A stretch of DNA of 60,091 nucleotides, counting the filler, from Ionaspis alba (lineage: Eukaryota): NCBI GenBank assembly GCA_964255285.1. It is 10 parts of 10 records of this genome, joined end to end, with 100 filler letters (N's around TTAATTAATTAA, not from the genome) between each part and the next. Parts side by side here need not be neighbours in the genome. Positions count along the whole stretch, not along the records: positions 1 to 5,970 come from CAXUUL010000967.1; positions 6,071 to 12,018 come from CAXUUL010000968.1; positions 12,119 to 18,059 come from CAXUUL010000969.1; 7 more parts are not named here. One strand, given 5' to 3'. The first letter of the stretch is position 1; the number at the start of each line of letters is the position of its first letter. This document shows positions 1 to 13,514 of the stretch, in pieces. The notes beneath the pieces were generated by a model, which saw nothing but the letters and a program-made list of their open reading frames with translations, was not told the DNA's origin and ran no database searches. Made by a program: the position numbers and the translations under genes.

Positions 1-2272
1 CCAGGGAGATTATGCTCCATTCTGCGAGTGCTGATATCTGCCACATATTGCGGCGATACCCGCGCCTGATCTACTGTAGAGCTACAACCCTATAGCTTGC
101 ATGTGGCCCTAAAGCTTAAATATGCATGACGATGAGTGAACCAGCTCAGCTTCGGAGAATATGTATCCTTGTTGGGCGTGGGCACGGGAGAACAGACTAT
201 AACCAAAGACATGAAAGTGGGCTAGAGTCCAAGCTCTGCATAAGGCGAACGTAGTGGATTGTCGTAGTTCCCGGACCTGAATCATCCAAGGCGCAGATTT
301 GATGGCGGTAAGTGATCGAATCATCCCGCGGTCCTGCTCGACTCCAAGGGAGATCTACCAAGAGCTGGCTGCACTCCTATGGCGGCATCATTACGAGTAC
401 AACGGGGGGGCTTCGAGCTAGAGATTAGTTGACCCCGGCAGGGGAACGGAAGGCGCGCGGGGTGGAGGGTAAAGCGATGATAGCGGGCGCAAGTTCGCCC
501 AGGATTCGTAGATTAGTGGCATCATTCAGGCAACCCTAATTAATTCTTACCTATTTCATTTCCACCCTGGCGTCTGTTCATTTCAGCTCCCTGCCCAACC
601 AATCTTATTGCATTTCCCCATCACAGTGGGACGAGAATGCTGTGCCTCGACCGTTGAGTTTCAGGTGCGCGAACCGGAATCTGCCAGACTCTGCCACCTG
701 CAGTTGGCTTTTGCCACTTGACAATTTGCCTTGTTTTGCCCATCTGTGCCGCCGTTGTCCCCTAAATGCCGGGCCCCTGGAGCTTCAAAACCGTTGCACA
801 AACCACCATAAATGGACATTGGTCCGGAATAGCCTCCAACAGATTGGTTCGCACTGCCGCCATCGACATGCCTACCTCGGATGTTCTGACTGTTAGATTC
901 ACCTCCGTGTCCAGATCTGAGATCGTCAAACAGATTCCCTCGATCGAAGTACACCACAATGGGCTCGAAGCAGTACAGGGTGGTGTAAAATGAATATGTA
1001 TCAGCAAGACCTGGTTTACGGCAGGGCAATGGCTTTAGGTCCCGAATGACTTCGTCGACTCCGGCATCCCGTGTCGATCTCGAGTCATGTCAAGCAGCTC
1101 ATGAATTTGTGCACATGTGATAATCATCTTGTAAGCCATGGCTGCTAATAGCGGTACGAGAAAGCGGTATGAGGAATCGTTGATACAAGCCCGTTTGGAA
1201 GGGATGAATGATCGACGTCGAGGCTGAAATGCTCCAAACCACACCACCATACCACCACACCACCATGCCCTCTCGTCCCATACCCCGGGGAAGAGCATCC
1301 ACAATTCTACCCACTCGGCGTTAGCGGCCTGCCAGCGACACGTTTTCTGCCTGAACCTTTCCTACAAGGTTTACAATCCTCCTTCCACCATTCAACCATT
1401 CACCACCTCTCATGCTCAGCCCTGCCTCCTTCACAACGCTCCAGCTACTCCTCACGTCCCACAAACCACCAGACGAATCTCCCCTCTTCATCACTTCAAC
1501 CAGCAGGTCGACACGGATAGCCCCTGTTGGAGTCAGCCTCAGTCACTTCGGTGAGTACCTGCCTACGGACTACAGCAGAAGCTCTAAGCTTTCGTGCCCC
1601 CCATGTCATCATGCTATCGGTCCCAAACGACCCAGAACCTATCAGGCCACGAACCGCTACCTACCTGCCGCCAACTGGGGAATTCTTTCAAGGCAACACC
1701 CCTTCCTTGTCTTTGTGCAAGTACTTTTACCCCTTCAGGCACCATGTGCCGTTCCAAATATTGTTTTCTTACAGCATAGCCTCTACTGCATAAGCATTTC
1801 TATATCCGATCTGCTCGACTACGTGATGGTCTAGTTTTATATTCGTCCGATGGTCAGCATCCTAGCAAGACAGTCAGACTTCGTTGTTCTGCAGCACATC
1901 CTCTTATCCGTATATTCACCATGTGGTATGGATTAGCGTATGCAGATCTCTCCCAGATCTAGTCCCCTTGTAAGCCGAAGAGAATTCATCGTCTTTCTAG
2001 AAACGGCTTCTCCGTTCCTCACCTCCTCTTGACCGTCCATCTTAGGGTGGTTGATTTCCGATATTGCCTCGAGAAGCTTCATCTACACTCCCAGGACCCG
2101 GTTAGTTTAGGCATCATCTAGCCTTATCCCATGAATAAATCCGCAACCATCAGAACACGAGACCAGTGGAATGATTGGAAGACCTCCTCGATGTATCACG
2201 GAGCAATCGTGCCACCCCCTGCCTTAGAACTGCGCATCCTCTTTCGGCTGTCATATTGGCAAGCCCTACACC

Positions 2273-5073
2273 ATGAGTGAGCGGTCTAAGGACCTCAACA
2301 CTCTTGGAGGTAATTTTCGAGGGCCAGAATATCACTGCAATTCCCCACCTTTACCCACTGCAGTTACAAATAGTTCTTCAGCGATACCCCAGTCAGCTGC
2401 GAGCCAGCCTTCTTTACTGTCACCAAGTGAGCCGCCTCAGTCCTCAGCACCTGCAAAGCACATACAACCCGCCATGATGTCAACCTCGACTTCAGTCGGT
2501 CAAAGGGGACTTCCAAGACAGACTTCGATGGCCACTGCTACTATTCTTGGTCAGCCATCTGAGCATGTCGACTACACTCCTATCACCAATCGCATCAGCC
2601 GGGCAAAGAAAGGGAAACCAGTTCATGCCTGTGGGTATGGTTGTGGGAAGGTGAGAATGATTTTGGAGAGCTTGTCGAGAACCTTCCGTTGCTGAAGATT
2701 CCTTAGGTCTACACGCGAGCAGAACATCGCAAGTACGTCAAATAGGGTCCGGATATGGTCTTCATATTGATCTTGCTGCAGACGTCACGAAGCCAATCAT
2801 CGAGGAGCACCAGAGACCATATGCTATTTTGAAGACTGCAAGAAAGGATTCTACAGGACAGATCTGTATGTTCGCCACCTGGACAAACAGTGAGTAAAAT
2901 TATTCTATTCTGTGTACTGCAGCTAACTCGGTAGACATAATATCCAGTCCCCTGGCAGCGCGCACCGAGACCAGGGACACCGGCGCCATGCTAGTACATC
3001 TTCATCGATCGCTACATCGAGTCCAGCAAAATCGCCTACTACGACAACTGCTGCAGATGTCCCGGCGGTATCGAATCATCAGCGGGTGTCCTTGCCTTTG
3101 GCGCCTGCACCTGTCCAATCAGCCAGTTTTGGTTCAGGAGCTTTTCTTTCGCCAGATCCGCGACTGAGCAACTTGCATCCGGCCAGGATGACGGTCGTAT
3201 CGCGACCAGCAATCTCTCCGCAGAAATCAAGACATCTAGTTCCACCTAGTCCGTCGATGTATTCATCCAACAGCAACTCACCCGCGTCGGATACGTCTCT
3301 AGGTGTGGCTGGCTCGCATCCATATGTACCTCAATACAATCAACCAATCATTACGTCCTCTATGTCAGACTATCACCCTCCGACGACCACCATGCCAACA
3401 GCTTCAATGTCAGAGTTTTCCAGTTGGCCGAACTACGAAGGTATCTCAGAAGACATTGGAGGATTTGGTGGTGCTTATGAAGGTCAACCACCGACTCCAG
3501 TGGGTATCCACTGCATTGTCTTTCTTACTCACGAGTAGTCAGTTGATACTTTATTAGACACGACTACCCCGACGACTTATGCCTTTGTGGAACAATCCAC
3601 CACAATTGCTTTACAGGCAGGATCTGTCGGCCCAGGGAGCGTGGTAGAAACACAGAAGGTCGAGGCAGTAAGCTTGGATGGCGAGATTGCGCATCATTAC
3701 TATGAATGCTACTGGAAGTCTTTTCATCCCTTGTATCCAATTATCCATCAGCCTTCCTTCTCTACGTTTGATCCTCAGTCTCTATTGAACGTCACGATGC
3801 TTGCCATTGGAGCACACTTTTCAAGCCGGCCAGATGCACGGTCTCACTCGGTCGCATGGTTCGTTTCTGTTTTACGCATGATTACGATGGTAGGTCAAAC
3901 ACCTTAACTGTCCAGTCAAAAGCTAATGAGTGTTCTAGTACGACATAACACTAATCACGAGCAAAGCACCTCTCATGTGTATTCAGAGCATCATCCTCCT
4001 CGAAGCATTTGCATTGTATCGTTCACGGAAACCTGGAGTTCATCAATCACAGCAATTCGTTGCCCTGTACAAAAGCGTACGTGCGACACTAGTCAAATGC
4101 TTTGACTGTACACTAAACTTAGCAGCTTCTGCACGATCCAGATATCCACTACGTCGATACAAAGTCCTACGTCGAAGACCTTCCGAAAAGACCCAGTCAG
4201 CAGCACCTCGGTGTAGCACATCACAAATGGGTCGACAAAGAAGCTCGGCGAAGACTCCTACTCGCAGCTTTCATCCTCGACACCCAGCGCAGCACCCTCT
4301 TCCAAAAGGATCTCTGCAGCACCTCTCCTCTACCACAAGGACCCAATCTGCCCGATTTCTGCTCGCAAGAGCTCTGGGACACAACCGACCTATCCACATG
4401 GCACAGGCACCTCTCTCGAAAACGACCCCCACGTTCCCGCGACCCAAACCATTTCGAACAATCCGTCCGTCAATGCCTTCGAATACACACCCAGCAGCGC
4501 CTCCCCATGCACACTCCTCAAGCAAGCAAAGACATCATGCACCACGCTCTTCTCCTAGCTGGTTACACCCCTCTCCACAATCTCCTCGTCGTGGCCGCCG
4601 AGTCCTGGCTCTTCGCTCGCAAAATCGACGATCTGGCTTCTTGGAGTAAAGCTAAAACTGACCTCCGCACCTGGGTCCAGAGCGATGAGGCTAGTAAAGC
4701 TGTCTGGCACGCTGGGCAGATACTCCTCTTACGCCACGACCGCAGATCGGATGATCGAGGCGGCTTGCATGAGGAATGGTGTCTCTACCTCGCGGCGTTG
4801 GTGTGTTGGGCGTATGGCTTTCCACCCCAAGGGCAATCTCACAGGCATGTGCAGCAGGATGTGGTGGAGGGGGAGATGGATGCTTATCTTGGGAGGTTGA
4901 ATGTGCGAAGCTGGAAAGAGCTCGAGGGACTGAGAGGAGCTGGGGGAACGGAAGCTTTGTTGAAGTGCGTGAGGGGGTGGATTAGGAGGAAGGGGAATGG
5001 GATTTTGGTTAATGAAGGGGAGAGGGTGTTGGGGAAGTTGGTGGAGGGGCGGTCAAGACTATGCTGGTTTTGA
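2273..5073 (+). CDS. C2H2 zinc-finger transcription factor with fungal-specific TF (Fungal_trans-like) domain, multi-exon
   Basis: Splicing GT-AG introns near 2651-2706, 2733-2781 and 2890-2934 yields two C2H2 fingers (HACGYGCGKVYTRAEHRKRHEANH; CYFEDCKKGFYRTDLYVRHLDKH). Downstream exons carry YWKSFHPLYPIIHQPSF and AVWHAGQIL...LHEEWCLYLAALVCWAYG, typical of this family. Confidence 0.85.
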
Positions 5074-5335
5074 CGTGTTTGAGAGAAAGGCCGAGGATGG
5101 GGTTAGGAGATGGTTGTGTGTTGTGAGGGACGGCTAGCCGTTACTTCGATGTGTATCGGTTTTGGGGTATGGCAGAAAGAGAGATATTCCGCTACTCACT
5201 CTTGCATTAGTGCGGAGACTCCTGGACATGCTAGCCATGTCTCATTCACCACGAGCGTCTCCAATCTAGGATCTATTATGGGACAGCGAGTGTAAAATCT
5301 GTGGATCTTTTATCAAATCTATAAGCACTTCTTTA

Positions 5336-5970
5336 TCAAACAAGATCAAAAAAAGCATCTACGATCTTCCCTGTCGGTCTCTCCAGCGCTTCTATGATTG
5401 CTTTGATCTGCGCGTCATACTCCTTTCCATCACCTGCCGGGTCTCCTCCAGCATCAGAACCGCTGTTGATCTCGCAGATTTCGCGCTCCGATCCATCACC
5501 AAACTGACCGCGAAGATCGCTCTCTAATTCTTCCAGTGTTTCGCCGATTTGCAAGGAGCAGACTTTGTCATCTTGAAAGGCGATGAGAAGATGGCCATAG
5601 ATCGTTGGGCTGATGGTATAGTAAATCAGAGACGAGCTCTGGCTTTGGCTTTGGGTTCGAGTAGGTGCTACCGACGAAAGTGACGAATCTCCCGAACTTG
5701 AATATCGAGTACCACCTTGGTCCACTACAACCCAGGTCTGCTCTCCCGGTGACGACGCAAAGTATCCTGTCGGAAGTACGCCAGCATTATCCTCCGAAAC
5801 AGACATCCAACCGGCATCGCATTGATCGGGGTGGAAATCATCATTCGGCGGCGTCGGATAAGCATTCTCCGCCCTCAGCTCCACATTGGCATCGACCACC
5901 TCCTGCCCTTCTCCGTTTCCAACGCCACTCTCCCCCTCCTCCCCGACCAACTCCCCCACAACTCTCGGAC
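5336..5970 (-). CDS. Ada-like alkylation-response protein, C-terminal part (5' end lost at contig edge)
   Basis: IYYTISPTIYGHLLIAFQDDKVCSLQIGETLEELESDLRGQF...QIKAIIEALERP resembles the N-terminal subdomain of the Ada/Ogt methyltransferase module. No PCHR active site before the stop. Confidence 0.5.
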
Positions 5971-6070
5971 NNNNNNNNNNNNNNNNNNNNNNNNNNNNNN
6001 NNNNNNNNNNNNNNTTAATTAATTAANNNNNNNNNNNNNNNNNNNNNNNNNNNNNNNNNNNNNNNNNNNN
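5971..6070. other. Artificial contig-joining linker (N-TTAATTAATTAA-N, 100 nt); also at 12019, 18060, 24099, 30125, 36137, 42136, 48123 and 54110
   Basis: Identical 100-nt blocks containing a six-frame stop 12-mer, spaced about 6 kb apart; genes are cut at these points. Plain 100-N scaffold gaps occur at 26904-27003 and 32862-32961. Confidence 0.97.
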
Positions 6071-6421
6071 AGAGATGCAGAAGCCGCCTCGCGAGTTCGG
6101 GTCACTGTAGCTTGAAGTACCTTGATGGAACCCTAAGAGTGACGTTTAGACCTATACACGTTTTATGAACCCATAACCACCTATCTTAGTGCATAGAAGA
6201 AGATCTGAAATCGTGCTATAGGCAGCCTTCAGTTCTGTACTTGTGTTCAATAGGTGAGATGTTCTGCGGAGGACTGCGTATTATCATGTCTTCAAACAGC
6301 ACTTTAACGGACTCTACATATCATAAGCATTGAGGGAGGCCGTACCAAAAACAGCATACTGCAAGTTAACTCTACACTATCGTGGGTATCTATCGATCTA
6401 TATATCAAACGCCACCAAATG

Positions 6422-8481
6422 TCATGCCGTGGATTGGACTAGCGGAGTGGCCCTTGATTTTGTACCTCGTGTGTTTCTTGTTCTGGTTCGAGGTGCCTGC
6501 TTTCCTTCGTTGGGAGCAGCCCTTTTCCCACCCTTCCGTCCCTTTTGCATCGTTTCCTCAACTGGAGGCCCCTTCTCTTGTGCCTCATTCTCCTTCGCAG
6601 ACGAGTCATGGTCTACAGCAGCTTCCTGCTCTGCGACTTCTGCTCTTTTGCGAGTAGCTTCATCCATTGCCTCCTTCTCCTTTGCTTGCTCCTCCTCAAT
6701 CCTCTTTCGATCCTCGGCCATGTCACGTTCCAGCTCGGAAGGATCCCTGTAGACCGTGTTCGTCATTTTCGAGAAATCGTCCATGTCCACTGGTAATCTC
6801 TCGCCCAGTAGCGTCTCTTTGATCTTCTCGCTTTCCAACTTTTCCTCTTTTGTGAATTTGAGTTTGATCTCGCGCCGGCTCCTTCCGGGGAACATCTTGC
6901 TGATCATACCAAAATCGGTTCCAAACATTCGTAGACCGTCATAAAACCTATCTGTTGACTCTTCATCCCACCTTGAACGCTTCGTCCGCCTCCTCATATA
7001 AGTTCCACTGTTGATTCGGTGAGCGAATTGGTTAACCACCTCCCCTTCTTCAGCCGCAATGTTTGTGTTAGCACGCAGATCTATCTGTCGTGTCGGGTCG
7101 GCCTCAACTATTCGTCCATTCACGACTCGCATGACGGGTGCTAGTGCTGCGAGCCCGTTATGCTGATGAGTTGAGACAGCTCTCTGTGGACTAAGCTGCG
7201 GCTGGTGTTCGGTATCGATCTCCTGTTGTGCTTCTCCATCATTCTCTGCACTTTGCTCCTTCTCCTTCTCCTTCCTAGCGACCTCCGCTGCCTCCCATTC
7301 TTGCAGTTGCTTCCCCTTCTCTGACATCTTACCGGTACGATTGTCGCGGCACAGATCGGCCATTTTGACCACTGTCGGTGTAATCTCTACTGTTTCGGCA
7401 TCATCTGGAGTAACAGCTCTTCTACGCCCCTTTCGACTCCTTGTCTTCCTTTCTGGGTTGGTTCCACCCTCTGTACTTGTTATGCCGCCGACTGCGTCTG
7501 CCACTATGGCAGCTGCAGCCTCCTCCATGCGCTTTTTCCCTCTGGCTTTGGTAGCCCGCCTTTTTGTCTTGGGCATCACCGGTTCGATCGCGGCCCCTTC
7601 AACATTGTCGGAATGTACAGTAGTCCCTTGTTGAGGGATAGACACTGGAGCTGTGATAGCTGTGTTTGTAGATACTTCGTTGCTGCTGACAGTAACTGCC
7701 GTAGCCAATTCCTTTGACGGGTTGACCTTTCGACGTTTTGCTTGCGGCTGGTTGGGTTGTGTCTCAGCCTGAGGATGAGCGTTTGAGACGAGATGCGTGA
7801 CCCGAGGTAATGATATGTTTGATGATGAAGCCTCCCGCGATTGGTCCTGAGCAGTAGAACGGGCTGAGGTGGTTGTGGAAGCCTGAGGCTGACTTATCGG
7901 TTCCTTGGACTTTCGAGTCGATTGGAGTGTGATCGCCACAGCGCTCATGCCTACAGAAGTGGTAGTTTGAGGAGCCCGTTCTTCGCGAGTGGTCGCACTG
8001 CGCGATTTTGGTTGGGTGACGGGGATTGAAGCATCTTGAGACACGATTGTAGTAGCCGTCACATTCTCTGCAGGTATAGTGCTTGCAGATGCAGTCCCCG
8101 TATTCTTCAGGTTTCCCGGTGATACTGTCGCCGCAGTGACAGAATGTGTAGGTCTCACATCTTGTCTTACAGCCGAAGGTTGAGGAGTTGCGCGCTGTGA
8201 TTGAATTTGTGGTTCTACGCTTCCGCGGACAGAGGTCTGGCTGGAACCAGGAGCACCCGCACGCCTGGTAGGCGCTTTCGGTTTGAAGTCTTTCTTCGAC
8301 TTGCCTAGAACATATGTCAGCGATGCCAAACATTAACAATTGACAAGCTTCAATGTGGGCCCATTGATATCGTGCTCGAAGACTCGCAATGAGAGGACAC
8401 AAGGCAGAAGCTATAAGAGAAATACTCGTATTTGCTGTCACGTAACGATACAGTCATACACTTACTTAAATATGAAGACAT
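6422..8481 (-). CDS. BDP1: TFIIIB B'' subunit Bdp1 (SANT/Myb domain)
   Basis: RWDEESTDRFYDGLRMFGTDFGMISKMFPGRSRREIKLKFTKEEK SANT motif and the VKMADLCRD motif. Predicted first exon MSSYL at 8481-8466 with an in-frame GT-AG intron 8465-8305. Confidence 0.9.
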
Positions 8482-8804
8482 TGTTCAACCCGTGGTGTTT
8501 GCGCGACCATCGCACATCGCCCGATGCTGTTGTGTTTATTTGAAAGCCACAAAGAAAGTTAAGAGTGGATGTGGGGGATTAACGAGAGAGTATCACGTGA
8601 GTGTCAAAGCTAGACTAGCGTTCCCGCTCGGGGCAAAGGTCAGACCTCGAAAACTGCTCCTGAAGCCACGATCTCCTGATTTATGACACTAATATCGGCC
8701 ATAACGCTTCTTCCAACGGTCCGAACTAAAGATTGATGTCTATATACTGTATAAAACTTGCTTGAAAGAGCTGGAAGTGATTGGCCTTCGGCCTTCTGGC
8801 ACTG
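8482..8804. promoter_or_regulatory. Compact divergent BDP1/BRE1 promoter with palindromic E-box TCACGTGA (8593-8600)
   Basis: About 320 bp between head-to-head start codons, with a bHLH (Cbf1-type) site near the centre. Function is inferred only. Confidence 0.4.
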
Positions 8805-11233
8805 ATGACCCTCGTCGAAGCTCGTTCAGTCTCTCTTTCTTCATCTGGTCTTGTGAAGATGGAGGAAAGAAAGAGACCAGCCTCATACGAAAATGACGAT
8901 GTCGCCCCACCGCACAAGAGACAAGCCACTGCGAACGTCAACGGCGTCGTGAAAGCGCACCAAGACCCTGACATGCCTGGTAAAGACGAACTTGAAGTGA
9001 GCCTCACCATTTCTTATCATCCATCCACACTTTTCCACGTCTACAGATCGAGCTATGGCTCAACCATGGCCATCTTCGATGCTGACTCGATCTTTACGGA
9101 TCCAGAGATTCCAGAAAGATGCTATCTGGCGCCAGATGCAAGAATATAAGCGTGAAAAAACAACTTTAGAGGCCCGGCTGAACGATCTCATAAAGCGCAA
9201 GGCATACCACGACGATCACCTACGAAGGGTAGATGCATGGTTCAGCCAGGTGAGTGGGCCACACTTGTCTTAACCTTTACTATAGTTATCAGCCTCAGAC
9301 TAATCTTCGTTACATTGTAGCTCTTGGACGAAGCTAGGATATCTAGAGGCAAGATTGACGAAACTGAGCCATTCAAGACACTACCTTCCTCGTTACTGGA
9401 CGCCGATGATGCCACATTCCAGAAGTATCTCAAGTCGAGGTCTGATGCCATAACCTCCGCCTTGTCGCGGCTATACTCGCAAGAAGTCTCTTTGCCGGAA
9501 ATAGCAGATTTCCAGAAGCGCATTACACAATTGCTGGCTACGGAAAAGAGTCATGTTATCGAGCTCGACAAGAGCCGTGCAGAGATGGAGCAGATGGAAG
9601 AGCGACTGGAGACTGCCTCGATGCGATACATGATGGCAGAGAAAAAGCTGGACCGTGCAAAAAGTCTGACCGTGGCAAAGCTTGAGCGGCAGGCTACCGC
9701 TGGAGGACGCAGTGACGCTGGCAGTGGGCTGGGAGGTGGTGTTGAGTCTACTAAGAACGATCTTCCAAACGGCCAAGCCGATAACGGCGAAAGTCTTATG
9801 GAAGCGGAGACAGCTAGAAAAGAAGCTGTTGCCGTGTCGAACAGACAGCAGACCCAACTTGATCAACTCGCGGCTGAGAATGAGAGGCTCACAACTCAGG
9901 TGACAGCACTGAATTCCAGACTATCGCGTCTGACAGATGATGACTACGCTCGCACGGATCTGTTCAAACATTTGAAGTCCCAGCATGAGGATGTGATAAA
10001 ACGAATAAACGATCTTGAGGCAACCAATGTGGAACTACGGCAAGAAGCCGAGAAGCTGCAAGCTGAGAGAACAGCATATCGAATGCAACTGGACTCTGAG
10101 TCTCAAGCGGCTGTTAGTGAGAAGGAGGCACAGCTGGCCAAGGCGGAGAATGACCTGGCCAGAATACGAACGGCTCGAGATGAGCTTCATGCCGATGTTC
10201 AGATGCGGAAGCAAACCCAGGATCAGGAGAAGGCTTCTGTCAATCAACTGAAACAACTCGCCGCCGCAAAGGACGACCGTATCAAGGCTTTGGAATCCGA
10301 GGTTGAGAGACTGCGGGCGGAAACTGGTCAATCCAATAGTACCGCGTCCAGTCAGGTCGATCTGGAAACCTTACCTTTGGAGGAACTTCGCACCAAGTAC
10401 AGCAATCTAGAGCGACAATACACCATGTTGAACGACGAACTGTCTTCAATGGGCACTGCTTTCAAAAAGGCTTCCACCGCCGCTTCACAGAAGACCAGCC
10501 ATTTGTCGGTTCTCGAAGAGAAACTTTCGAGAGTTGCGGCGGAAAAGTCAAAGGCGGATCAGAAGTACTTTGCCGCAATGAAGAGTAAGGATACTACGGA
10601 GCAACACATCAGGACTTTGCGAGCACAGAACTCGAAAAGCTCGGATATCGTGTCGCAACTCAAGGATGCGGAAGCTTCCACACGGCTTTTAGTTGTCAAT
10701 CTTGAGAAGCAAGTCACTGAGATCAAGGAAGCCCTGTCCACCATGGCCAAGCAACAGCGCATGTCGCAACAGCAAGTGATAGAGAAGAATATTTTCATAG
10801 ATGGCCTGAAGGCACAGGTTGATGAGCTTAAGGCATCTTTGGTCTCGAAGGACAACTCGTATAGCACGGTCTCGAATACTGCACGGAAGGCTGAAGTTGA
10901 GGTGGAGGAGTTGCGAGTACGGCTAGAAGAAACCAAGAAGAGCCTCGACATGTGGAAGACCAAAGGTCTAGGCAACCAAAGTGGCGAGTATGAGATGCTT
11001 CGGGTATGTTGGACCAAGCAGATGAAGCCAAATGTGGTCCTAATACTAACGTACCACAGAACCTCGCCATCTGCACGGTATGCAGGAAGAACTTCAAGGA
11101 CACAGCCGTCAAGACTTGCGGCCACGTCTTCTGCAGGGAATGTGTGGAAGAGCGCCTGCAGTCACGGATGCGGAAATGTCCGAACTGTAACAAGGCTTTT
11201 GGTGCGAACGATCACATGCGAATTACGCTTTAA
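8805..11233 (+). CDS. BRE1: E3 ubiquitin ligase Bre1 (histone H2B monoubiquitination)
   Basis: FQKDAIWRQMQEYKREK N-terminal motif, long coiled coil, KADQKYFAAMK, and C-terminal RING CTVC...CGHVFCRECVEERLQSRMRKCPNC. Introns at about 8997-9104, 9250-9320 and 11004-11059. Confidence 0.95.
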
Positions 11234-12635
11234 GCGAGGGGCATATCAGGTGCTTTCATTTCTCTCTCTACTTTAGCATGCCCTTCATGCATTGGGTTGT
11301 TGTGTGCGGACGGGTGCCGCCTGTTGCTGTTGTACTACTAAGCGAAGGTGCCTTGGGTGCGCCTTGGGGCTTTCGATAGCTTACGATGTAATATAGATCA
11401 GTTGAAAATGTGACTGGGGAATTTACTTGCTTGTGTATATCTTGCTGTGTTCGATGGCCGAGGGAGTCACGGTAGTTTGTGGGAGCCCTCCCGGACAGAC
11501 CAACCATAACAGGGTGAAGAGCTTCGGTGCTACATGATGATCTCTAACCGGGATGGCAGAGGTCTGACTCTAACAGCGGAGCGAAGCTGATCAGCGCTGG
11601 GTATCCGCGTCGTGAGTCCCCAATATATTAGGTGCGTATCCCCCGGGTACTTGCATCTGTACCACCTGACATTCTCCAGTATCCAAGCAGTGTGGTGCCT
11701 CGAGGTTGGTCGGGAACCTTCAGCCTGCAGGTCTTTCACAGTACTAATGGACGCTCATTATTGTATACCACCGAATACAAAATTTGCTGCTGGCCCCCTC
11801 ACTTCTTGTGAACCTGTACTTAGAGGCTTTCTCCACAACCTAGGTATCTTTCCGATTAGCCATCTTCCTTGATCACATAATCAGATACAGGCCGACCACC
11901 ACATATCCAAAACATCTAAGGATCAATATTTCTTCTGCTTAACGCGTTGCGAGTCGCCCAACGTGATTGGGAATCATTATTAGAAATAGTTGTCCAACGC
12001 CTGGATATTGGTGATGCTNNNNNNNNNNNNNNNNNNNNNNNNNNNNNNNNNNNNNNNNNNNNTTAATTAATTAANNNNNNNNNNNNNNNNNNNNNNNNNN
12101 NNNNNNNNNNNNNNNNNNGTGGTGAGGGTACCGATTGTGTCGACTGGAGGTGGAGGAAATGACATGGTGAGAGTGTCAATTGAGAGTTCTTTCTATAGGA
12201 GGACAAATTGGAGTACAGAGCAAATGAAGGAACTTATAACGTTTCATCAGCGAAGTAGACAAGAGAATAAACAGAAAGGAAAGTGTTCCAATATCCGCCG
12301 AGCCAGAAAATAAGTGAAGCTGACTGACGGCCTGCGAGATCGGCTGCACAGGGATCAGCTACTAGCGAGGGATGTCCCAGGGCTTATGCAGGTCCAATGC
12401 ACGGATCACTACATGCATAAGGCCAACTTTCGACAACACTCTTGCGACATCGAGGGCCCGTTGGCCCTTTGTTTGTGCCATGGTCAACTCCAACGCCTCG
12501 AGCTGATCGACGAGACATCAACAGAACACGCGAGTCCTTTTGATTACTTGATTCTTTCGGACGAACCCTTCCGTCCAACGACCTCGACGAAATGCGCCGG
12601 TAGCAAGCCTCTAGACTTCAAACTACCCACGAATA

Positions 12636-13514
12636 ATGGCCCACTCCACCAGTACAAAGGCCAATCGCCGTTTCCTCGTCCTCCTCCTCGCCGCCACCGG
12701 AATAATATCCCTCTTCTACATTGGCATACTTCGATCGACAGAGCCCGCGATCGCTTACAGCAAGACGCCTATCCATCATGTGACGGTGGAAACAGACACG
12801 CTGAAAGGGGATGCGATTATGGGAAAGTTGGGGAACGAGACGCTGAAGTACGTCACCTGTGCTTACGAGAATGGGACGAAATATTAGAGGGAGAGGTGCT
12901 GATAGAGCGGTACAGAGCAGAGTTGGGCAGAGCAGCGTGGAAAGTGTTGCATACGACTATGGCGCGGTTTCCGGACAAGCCAACGCAGGATGAGCAGACG
13001 GCGTTATTCTCGTATGTTCATTTGTTTGCGAGGTTGTATCCATGGTACGTCGTGCTCTTCACCCAAGCTCAGTTCTTGTTCGTCTCCAAGATCGCCGACT
13101 GACCAACGTTCCCTATAGCGGCGAATGTGCAGGCCACTTTCGCCAAATCCTGAATAAATTCCCACCGCAAGTCAAAACCCGATCGACGGCTGCCGCGTGG
13201 GCATGTCATGTGCATAATCAGGTGAACAAGTCGTTGAAGAAGGAGTTGTTCGATTGTTCGAAGATTGGGGATTTTTATGATTGCGGGTGTGCCGAGGATG
13301 AAAAGGATGAGAAAAAGAAGACAGTCAGTCCATGAGTATTCTGCAGTGTCGGATCAAGAGACTCATGCTAGTTCTTCTATTTAGGAAGGTGAGGCAGATT
13401 CATCAGAACCTCCAGGGCTCAAACTCGTGAGGGAAGGGTAGGAGCTCCCCTGTTTTCCACGATTGGAGTCCGATGCTAACTGTACGGCTGCGCAGTGAAA
13501 CACAAGGCGGTTGA
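12636..13514 (+). CDS. ERV2: FAD-linked sulfhydryl oxidase Erv2 (ERV/ALR family, ER type)
   Basis: N-terminal signal anchor; AIMGKLGNETL, ELGRAAWKVLHT, LYP-CGECAGHF (CxxC), WACHVHNQVN and the C-terminal CGC motif. Stop is at 13335 if unspliced, or 13514 via two further GT-AG introns. Confidence 0.92.

Noticed and set aside
1..1300. Short ORFs and possible TE relic at the window start
   Set aside because: No motif, terminal repeat or splice-consistent model could be supported.
11268..12018. Short ORFs downstream of BRE1
   Set aside because: No recognisable domain in any frame; treated as intergenic.
12314..13102. 262-aa ORF that looks like an N-terminally extended Erv2
   Set aside because: It is a chance read-through of upstream DNA, an off-frame exon and an intron into Erv2 exon 2; the real start is 12636.
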